A stretch of 64,000 bases of DNA, from positions 58,966-122,965 of the IMG/VR virus record IMGVR_UViG_3300045988_148355; one strand, given 5' to 3'. Below are positions 56,943 through 64,000 of the stretch, piece after piece (position 1 is the first letter of the stretch; each line of letters starts with the position of its first letter). The position numbers and the translations under genes were made by a program. This DNA is from a virus. Below the pieces are notes generated by a model. That model saw nothing but the letters and a program-made list of their open reading frames with translations. It had not been told where the DNA came from and searched no databases.

Positions 56943-58205
56943 TTACATATGTTCAGCTAATGCTGCAATTTTAGAACGATGAATTTGTTTTAATTCAATT
57001 TCGCCATATACATCCGATCCTCTAAATACTTTAGAAGCACGACGCATACCATTATTGGCTCCGGCAAAAGCAATATCATCAACTTGAGTTTTATCATCGC
57101 CATCAATGATACAAATGCCATCTTCACCGATACGCTGTAAAGTCAATTTCATAAGCGAAATATCCATATTTTGGGCTTCAGAAATATAAATACCTGCTTT
57201 CATTCCAGTAGTGTCATAACCACGAATATCACTTAACGGCAAAAGAACTAATTGTTCATTTTCAATCATGCGTTCAACAGCTAAGCGACCACCAAATTTA
57301 CTAATTAAAAGATTGCCAATTTGGCTATCAAGTAATTTTTCATCTCGGGTGCCAGGATAAAAGCCTAATTTTGCAGAATTTTTAGTGGCAATTGTATTAC
57401 AAAATACAATGATTTTATCAATGCGTCCACGCTCAAATTGATTCATTAAGAAAGCTAAGCTTAAATAAGTTTTACCTGAACCCGCAGGGCCACGAACCAT
57501 AGTAATAGTATTATTAATAAGGCTATCGGCGAATAAAGCTTGGTAAGGGTCATCTTTCATAGGTTTTACTTTTCCAAATTGAGCAGAATCAAAATTACCA
57601 AATGAAATAGGACGATAACCATCACCAGTATAACATACTTTATCAACGATATTATTATCTTTGTCTTTTATAATTAAATATTCATTAATATGTAAATTAT
57701 AAATATTTTCATATTGGGTAGAATAAAAATCAGCCATTTCCGCATCTGACATTGTAATTTCTACATATCCCTTATATTCATCAATTAATTCTTCATCTAT
57801 ACTTTGGATATGATCTTTATCAAAGAAAAGATTCGCCATCGCTTTTAATGATAAATCATTAGTGATAAATATAGTATTTGGATGGGCTAATTTAAATTCA
57901 ATTGCGGTAGATAAAATTTTACTATCATCAGTAATTGGAAGGTTAGAATCTTCAATTATTTTTAATCCATCTAATTTGAATAGTTGGATAATATAATTAT
58001 CAGGGTTTTCATTCAATTTATGTAATACTTTACGAGCTGAATATTTAACATCAGCATCTTTATTTGATGATGTTTTTATATTTTCTAATTCTTTTAAAGT
58101 AATAGAAGATATAACAGGTGTATATTCTTCCTCTTGGAGGAATGTATCAACCGTCATCAGCAAACTACAAGTATCATAGAATTTATACATCTTCGTACTC
58201 ATCAT
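56943..58205 (-). CDS. phoH: PhoH-like ATPase with an N-terminal PIN domain
   Basis: Walker A GPAGSGKTYL. PhoH signature downstream. Confidence 0.7.
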   Translation of the reverse strand: MMSTKMYKFYDTCSLLMTVDTFLQEEEYTPVISSITLKELENIKTSSNKDADVKYSARKVLHKLNENPDNYIIQLFKLDGLKIIEDSNLPITDDSKILSTAIEFKLAHPNTIFITNDLSLKAMANLFFDKDHIQSIDEELIDEYKGYVEITMSDAEMADFYSTQYENIYNLHINEYLIIKDKDNNIVDKVCYTGDGYRPISFGNFDSAQFGKVKPMKDDPYQALFADSLINNTITMVRGPAGSGKTYLSLAFLMNQFERGRIDKIIVFCNTIATKNSAKLGFYPGTRDEKLLDSQIGNLLISKFGGRLAVERMIENEQLVLLPLSDIRGYDTTGMKAGIYISEAQNMDISLMKLTLQRIGEDGICIIDGDDKTQVDDIAFAGANNGMRRASKVFRGSDVYGEIELKQIHRSKIAALAEHM

Positions 58206-58497
58206 CTTCTTCCTCTTCTATGTTTGGTATAGCAAATCCGACTGCGTGAATTGAAGTCTTTGTATCGGTTGCTAATTTTTCGATTTGGGAATTATACTCT
58301 GCTATTTTTAGAGTTAATTTTCCCTTTACCAATTCGAGAAAAGTTGTCAATAAACTAACTAAACTATCTCCTATTGGGTATAAAAATGCGATAAATATTA
58401 TTCCGAATATAAATGTTAAAATAAATATTCACCCTTTCATTAGGGATTTGAAGATTTTTACCTCTTAACATTTATAAAAATTTATATATTTTTATTT

Positions 58498-58935
58498 TTA
58501 ATTCTTGGCCTCATTACGATGTTTACGAATACTTTGGTAAAATTTATCTTTTTCTTTTATGATATAATTTAATTCATTTTTAGCATTTTTAATAGAATCA
58601 TTTACATAACTAATATCTTCTTGTCTTTGGCGAATTTGTCTTTGAAGCATTTTATTTTCATAAGATTTAGGATTAAAATATTTGCTTCTATTCATTGAAT
58701 AATATAATTGATTTAAAGCTCCAAGTTGAATTTTTAATTCTTTTTTATATGCTTGTAAAACTTTAATATAAGCTCGTTTATAAGCAAAATTACATCCAGT
58801 TTTTTCATTTGCCATATCCATATCATCAGGATGACATTTAGCGATACCATAAATAATATTACCATCTTTGTCTTCAATTAAACAAGAAGCTTCGCCTGAT
58901 TCAGGATTATAACTAAATAAAGGTTCTTTTTTCAA
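58498..58935 (-). CDS. hypothetical protein
   Basis: Track ORF. Confidence 0.3.
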   Translation of the reverse strand: MKKEPLFSYNPESGEASCLIEDKDGNIIYGIAKCHPDDMDMANEKTGCNFAYKRAYIKVLQAYKKELKIQLGALNQLYYSMNRSKYFNPKSYENKMLQRQIRQRQEDISYVNDSIKNAKNELNYIIKEKDKFYQSIRKHRNEAKN

Positions 58936-59073
58936 AGTAGTAGAACTCCTTTCTATCTATTTCTATAAATATATTAACATAAAAATTATTAAAAGGCAAG
59001 TTTTAGGATTTTTGTTAAAAAAATTTCTATGGGTGTGAGTAATTGGAACTACGGCCGATCGCGTTAATCAGGG

Positions 59074-59113
59074 CAAAAAAATAGACACTATGAAATAAAT
59101 CATAGTGTCTATT
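59074..59113 (-). terminator. rho-independent terminator downstream of the flotillin gene
   Basis: Hairpin atagacactatga / tcatagtgtctat followed by a T7 run on the - strand. Confidence 0.55.
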
Positions 59114-59117
59114 TAAA

Positions 59118-60503
59118 TTACTTATTCAATGCCTTTGTAAGCATTTCCTTAATGTCGATGCCATTTTCAGACATTGCTTCGATAACCTGGTTTGCGGAAC
59201 CCATAACATCCTTTACAAGACGAGCAGAGTTTCCATCGCCATACTGGACGATCTTATCCACATTGGTAAGAGGGGCCGCTGCATTTGCCACGATTTGAGG
59301 CATTGCATTGAAATACATTTCAATGATAGAAGCTTCACCCATCTTCTTCTGCGCTTCTGCTTTCTTGTCGATTGCTGCGGCTTCGGCTTCACCAACAGCT
59401 GCGATACCGGCAGCTTTCTGTTCGGCTGCAAACTTTTCTGCTTCAGCGCGAGCACGCATAGCTTTTGCTTCCTGCTCGATCTCATAAGCCTTAGCTTCGG
59501 CATCCTTCTGACGACGAATCAGATCTGCTTCAGCGGCCTTTTCCGCAGCATACTTATCAGCATCGGCCTGCTTACGAACCAATGCAGTCAGTTCGTATTC
59601 CTTAAGCTCGATTTCTTTTTGCTTCAGCTCAGCTTCGCGCTCGGCCTTTGCGATATTCGCATTAGTTGCAGCGACATCCTTGAGCTTACGCTGATTTTCA
59701 GCCTCAATGCCAGCCGCAGCTTCAGCCTGAGCTTTCTTAGTATCAGCTTCCTGCTTCAACTGAGCCTGCTTGATAGCAAGATCATTATTGCGGATTGCAA
59801 TTTCCTCAGCAGCCTTGACCTTGGCGTCATTGGACTGCTTAGCATTTTCCGCACGAGCGACCTCAATCTCACGTTCCGCATTGGACTTAGCGATCGCCGC
59901 GTTCTTGCTAATCTGAGCGACATTATCAATACCAAGGTTAGTGATAACATCATTATCATCAGAGAAGTTCTGAACGTTAAAGGTAATCAGCTCAAGACCA
60001 TAACGCGCCAGATCGGGAACTGCGTTCTCCTGGACTTTCTCGCTAAACAACTTACGATCGCTAACCATATCAGTCAACTTCATCTGACCGACGATCTCAC
60101 GGATATTACCCTCAAGAAGGTCGTTAATCTTACGAGAAATTTCATCACGGCCTACATTAAGGAAGTTCTGAGCGGCGAGTGCAATCATTTCAGGATCTCT
60201 ACCAACACGTACAGAAACCGTAGAATCAACACGAACGTTAATGTATTCGGCAGTAGGAACCGCAGATCCAGTCTTTACATCAATTTGAATAGCTCCAAGA
60301 GCAAGCTTATCCAAACGTTCGAAGAAAGGAATCTTCAAGCCAGCTTTACCAACAAGAATTCGAGGTTTCTTATGGACACCACTGATGATATAAGCCATAT
60401 CAGGCGGGGCCTTTACATAACCATTGAGGAAAATGAAAATTACCAGTAGTACGATAAGAACTACAGGAATTGCCGGAAGGATAAATGAAATAATAGCGGG
60501 CAT
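59118..60503 (-). CDS. flotillin-like SPFH/band-7 membrane protein (N-terminal TM helix, SPFH domain, Ala/Glu-rich coiled coil)
   Basis: Coiled-coil EA-repeat region (AEAKA..., EAEAAAIDKKAEAQ). GC content ~50% versus ~30% in the backbone. Confidence 0.75.
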   Translation of the reverse strand: MPAIISFILPAIPVVLIVLLVIFIFLNGYVKAPPDMAYIISGVHKKPRILVGKAGLKIPFFERLDKLALGAIQIDVKTGSAVPTAEYINVRVDSTVSVRVGRDPEMIALAAQNFLNVGRDEISRKINDLLEGNIREIVGQMKLTDMVSDRKLFSEKVQENAVPDLARYGLELITFNVQNFSDDNDVITNLGIDNVAQISKNAAIAKSNAEREIEVARAENAKQSNDAKVKAAEEIAIRNNDLAIKQAQLKQEADTKKAQAEAAAGIEAENQRKLKDVAATNANIAKAEREAELKQKEIELKEYELTALVRKQADADKYAAEKAAEADLIRRQKDAEAKAYEIEQEAKAMRARAEAEKFAAEQKAAGIAAVGEAEAAAIDKKAEAQKKMGEASIIEMYFNAMPQIVANAAAPLTNVDKIVQYGDGNSARLVKDVMGSANQVIEAMSENGIDIKEMLTKALNK

Positions 60504-60805
60504 AAATAATTCTCCTTATTTATTTAATTTTAAATTTTATACTTATATTTGAATAATGCTTCAATAGCATCATCAATCGAATTATAGTATCCATTGTGTT
60601 CAAATTCTCCATCTTCATCCCATAAGAAAGAGATTTCTACACCTAATGGACCTTGTTCCAATTTTTCTTTTACTTCTTTGTAAATTGCTTCTTCCATTTA
60701 TCTTGTTATTAATTTTTCCCAATCTTCATAGGACCATTTTTCCAGTAATGAGTTTTTTTGTTAAATCATTACCTTTATAATCATAAAGTGCCATTTAGTT
60801 TTTCC

Positions 60806-61366
60806 TCATTCATCAAGGAATGATTTACATTCCTCAACTTTGGCTTTCATAGCATCAATGATTACATCAAGATTAATGGGATATCCATGGTGAGAATCAA
60901 CACCTACATGATACATATAAGGTCGATCTTCAAAGAAATTAGTAGTTTGATGAGTATGACCGTAAAGATTCAAAGTCATTTGATGAAGATTTTCTCTTTC
61001 AAGATTACCAGTCATACAAGGGAAATGGGTCATAAAGAAATGGTATTTACGATAATTTAGCATAATTGCCCAGTCCATTTCAACAACATTAGGCAAATCC
61101 GCGTAAAGCTTCTGCCGAGTCGTTGTATCATGATTGCCAAATACAATATGGAATTTACCCTTAAGACGTTTAACATATTCAATATTAGAAGGGTCTCCAA
61201 GCATTAGATCACCAAGAATATAAACGTCATCTTCATCAGAAATGATGCTATTCCATTTCTCGATGTAATCTTCATTCATTTCTTTAATTGAAGAATAACC
61301 ACGAGCTTTCCAAATAAATTCTCGATCATGTCCAAAGTGCATATCACTGGTTAAAAAGATTGCCAT
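60806..61366 (-). CDS. calcineurin-like metallophosphoesterase
   Basis: Motifs SDMHFGH, GDL and GNHD. Confidence 0.65.
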   Translation of the reverse strand: MAIFLTSDMHFGHDREFIWKARGYSSIKEMNEDYIEKWNSIISDEDDVYILGDLMLGDPSNIEYVKRLKGKFHIVFGNHDTTTRQKLYADLPNVVEMDWAIMLNYRKYHFFMTHFPCMTGNLERENLHQMTLNLYGHTHQTTNFFEDRPYMYHVGVDSHHGYPINLDVIIDAMKAKVEECKSFLDE

Positions 61367-61870
61367 GTATGAATCACTTCTCCTTTTTCGTTAACCTCTT
61401 GGATAAGGTTATATTTAATATATTCTTTAAAAGTGGGAGGAGTAAAAGAATTTGCCATACTCCGAATCACTTCTTCTGGAACCTGTGCTCGACCATCACG
61501 CTGTTTATTGCGCTCAATACAAACTTCAACAGGAACATTAAAATAAATAACATTCACGTTAAGATTTGTATATCCTTTTGCGTTAATTGCTTTGAGAAGT
61601 TTCTTGCGGGAGCCGGGTCCAAGATGCGTGGCATCCGCATATACATCATCATAGTCTCTTAAAGAAAGAGTAATTGCTTCAACAAAAGCATGCCATACAC
61701 TTTCCTCTTTGGCAAAATAACTTTCATCATCATTTAACATTTGAAAACGAATTGCATCACGAGAAACAATACAACCACATTGAGGCCAACGGTTTTTAAG
61801 CCAAGTGGATTTACCCGAGCCGAGACTAAGGAATACCAGACATAATCCAAAGATTCTTTCTAGTATTCAT
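61351..61870 (-). pseudogene. polynucleotide-kinase-like P-loop kinase, interrupted at Walker A by a 7-nt TAG-containing insert (needs a +1 frameshift or is inactivated)
   Basis: Frame A reads MNTRKNLWIMSGIP-TAG-SRLG-TAA. Frame B reads LSLGSGKSTWLK...FQ and joins track ORF 61351..61740. Deleting tagtctc would restore GIPGSGKST. Confidence 0.45.
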
Positions 61871-62352
61871 TTAATCATCCCCTTTCTTTTCTTTGCTATG
61901 AATTTCTCTATGACAATTAGCACATACTAATTGACATTTATCTAATTCTTTTTTAATAACTTGCCAATCTAAAATTAAATTTCTATCACTTAAATTAAAA
62001 TCTTTTTCTTGAGGATCTAAGTGATGAAAATCAAGTACTTCAGAACATTTATTATATCCGCAAATCTCACATTTATTTCCTTTATATTCTAAGGCCCATT
62101 TTTTTATTAATGCTCTTTGTCCTGCTCCAGATTTCGGCACTAATGGAACACATTCATAACAATATCTTCTATTATAAGCATTTTCTTTTGCTATAAATTT
62201 TTTTCCACATTTAGCACAAATTTTTTCAGAAATATTTATGCCTTGACTTCGACGCAATCTTGAAGCTTTCGCCTAACAAGATTGAGAACAATATTTAGTG
62301 TCTCTACGGGATCCCTCAAACTCTTTACCACAATGCTAACAAACTAATTTCA
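61871..62352 (-). CDS. HNH endonuclease with N-terminal zinc ribbons; two in-frame TAGs in the N-terminal extension
   Basis: C-terminal HNH region DFHHLDP...NL..LCANCH. The track ORF extends upstream through TAGs to an ATG at ~62350. Confidence 0.55.
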
Positions 62353-62409
62353 TATAATAATCTCCTTTATATTGAATTATTATATTTAAAATTTATTTAA
62401 TAATGATTG

Positions 62410-62676
62410 TTAGGTTTTGCCAAAAGAGGTATTCCGGACATAATCCAAAGATTCTTTTGCTTCATCTTTATACACCCCATTCTCAAAATTTTCTTTAAAC
62501 TCTTCCACTTCTTCTGGAGTTCTACATTCGATATGATTTACTTCTTCTTTGCAATAAATACAATACAACTTTTTACGATGAAATTTACCATGCTGAAGAC
62601 TTACTCGACGAGATAAAGGAATTCCTTTTCGTCCACAATTCATACAGTAAAAATCATGGTTTTCATAAGAGGCCAT
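62410..62676 (-). CDS. zinc-ribbon hypothetical protein
   Basis: Track ORF with CxxC...CxxC. Confidence 0.3.
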   Translation of the reverse strand: MASYENHDFYCMNCGRKGIPLSRRVSLQHGKFHRKKLYCIYCKEEVNHIECRTPEEVEEFKENFENGVYKDEAKESLDYVRNTSFGKT

Positions 62677-62681
62677 TTATA

Positions 62682-62888
62682 TCACTCCTTTAAATTTGAA
62701 CGAGAAGGAATTGCAATATTAATAAAAATCTTAATGACAAACATCTGCCAATAAGTAATGCTTGGAAAGCAAAACCAAGGAATAAGAGCAGTATTCCAAA
62801 TAAGTAGCATGATAGCTACTTCAATGAACATAAAAGCTATACCCGCAAGTGCCATAGAAATATCATCATAATCGTTCATTTTTATCAA
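62682..62888 (-). CDS. small membrane protein
   Basis: Track ORF, hydrophobic. Confidence 0.3.
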   Translation of the reverse strand: MIKMNDYDDISMALAGIAFMFIEVAIMLLIWNTALIPWFCFPSITYWQMFVIKIFINIAIPSRSNLKE

Positions 62889-62950
62889 TTCCTTTCTTAA
62901 CCTTATATATATATTATATATTATTTTTTATAAAAAATCAATAAAGATCT

Positions 62951-63229
62951 TTATACTTCCTTTAAATGATTTTCACATTCTTCAGCATCATATTCAACAG
63001 TTAAATTTGTAGCATCAAGATAACCACCATCATAGTAAAGTATATCGTGTTTAACAGTAGCATTTTTATAAATTTCTTCCTCGTTAGTATCTTTTACAAT
63101 TTTAAAAAGATCACATAAAAATCTACAAGCAGATTCAATAGTGTCAAATTTAAGAGCTTTATCATCCCAACAGAGTGGATTAACACCCTCTTTTGTTTCA
63201 TAAATATGATATTTCATACCTCTAACCAT
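62951..63229 (-). CDS. hypothetical protein
   Basis: Track ORF. Confidence 0.3.
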   Translation of the reverse strand: MVRGMKYHIYETKEGVNPLCWDDKALKFDTIESACRFLCDLFKIVKDTNEEEIYKNATVKHDILYYDGGYLDATNLTVEYDAEECENHLKEV

Positions 63230-63240
63230 TATTTTTCTCC

Positions 63241-63960
63241 TTACATAGTAAATTCAATAGTCTCGAACGTATCAAGGTCAATAAGACAAGTTTTTCCAGT
63301 AGCAAAAGAACCATTATCAATATCGCATTTATGTCCATCGCAATACCAAAAATGATTCATATTTTCCAAATCAAAATCTTTATAACTTTTGCCTACTGCG
63401 ATATAAGGATCATAATTAGGCATCAGCAGAAAAGGCGTATGGCCATGAATACAGAAAGTGCGGTCTGCGGATGAATCTTCGGGCCACGGATCATAAAAAT
63501 GATCTCGACTCCAAATTAAATTATAAGAATTAGGGCTATCGCCAAGAGTATAACCGGCATGAGAAAGAAGAATAATTTGATTATCCTTATTCACATAGGT
63601 TTCTTGCAGAGGAAGTTTAGCAAGTTCACGATACCATCCAGGATTAGCATGTTCTCCAATTTGCCAATCTTCAAATGTTTTTGCTCCACTATTATTACAA
63701 AGAAGAGCATATGCTCGACTAAAATTTTCATCTTTAAGATAATCTTTCATAGCTTCAAATAACATATCTTCATGATTACCTTTAAGATAAATAACTCTTT
63801 TGTCCGCAAGAGCATTTTTAATAATTTCCCAACCATCATTTCCGCGGTCTGCGCAATCACCCAGACAATAAAGAGTATCAGTCGGATCAAGATATTTCAT
63901 AATTTGATCCCAAAGGGGCTTCATACCATGAATATCACTAACCGCATATGTTTTATTCAT
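63241..63960 (-). CDS. Ser/Thr protein phosphatase (lambda-PPase-like metallophosphatase)
   Basis: Motifs DIHG, GDCADRG and GNHE. Confidence 0.7.
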   Translation of the reverse strand: MNKTYAVSDIHGMKPLWDQIMKYLDPTDTLYCLGDCADRGNDGWEIIKNALADKRVIYLKGNHEDMLFEAMKDYLKDENFSRAYALLCNNSGAKTFEDWQIGEHANPGWYRELAKLPLQETYVNKDNQIILLSHAGYTLGDSPNSYNLIWSRDHFYDPWPEDSSADRTFCIHGHTPFLLMPNYDPYIAVGKSYKDFDLENMNHFWYCDGHKCDIDNGSFATGKTCLIDLDTFETIEFTM

Positions 63961-64000
63961 AAAATATCAATCCTTTTTTAATTTATATATATATTATAGA

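Noticed and set aside
1-64000. TGA recoding (code 4) as an alternative explanation for the fragmented ORFs.
   Set aside because: The interrupting codon is always TAG. TGA and TAA behave as genuine stops, followed at once by an RBS and a start, as at 10942, 22225 and 34989.
1-64000. CRISPR array, integrase/attachment sites, transposase.
   Set aside because: No regularly spaced direct repeats, no tyrosine or serine recombinase signatures, no IS-like inverted repeats. The context is a lytic phage replication/structural region.

Overview
AT-rich (~30% GC), densely coded DNA from a large virulent tailed phage or jumbo phage, with no integrase or att-like features. Positions 1-19100 carry a + strand late/structural module: multiple tail-fiber-like genes, a ~2,566-codon giant ORF, Gly-rich and C1q/BclA-like proteins, and a membrane protein. 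Bidirectional rho-independent terminators sit at ~15.1 kb and ~19.05 kb. Positions 19100-64000 carry a - strand replication/nucleotide-metabolism/lysis module (details in the features list). The dominant observation is that TAG is used as a sense codon throughout, most likely Gln (genetic code 15). Every large + strand gene is interrupted only by in-frame TAGs and terminates at TAA or TGA. Conserved enzymes (NrdD, Dda helicase, DnaB, DHH esterase, endolysin, RuvC, three GIY-YIG HEGs) read straight through TAG with domain continuity. The ORF track therefore badly fragments the true genes. TAG density is strongly asymmetric: ~1.3% of codons in late genes versus ~0 in the polymerase, topoisomerase and ligase genes. 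A few genes end exactly at TAG (NrdG, REC regulator, a coiled-coil protein upstream of a GIY-YIG domain), which leaves stop-versus-sense ambiguous there. Other notable items: a split LytTR regulator lacking the phosphoacceptor Asp, a PNK-like kinase whose Walker A is broken by a 7-nt TAG-containing insert, twin consensus sigma70 promoters, and GC-rich islands. Host is inferred to be a Firmicute (SLH-domain endolysin, LytTR, BclA-like protein). Coordinates not taken from the ORF track are approximate (+/- a few nt).
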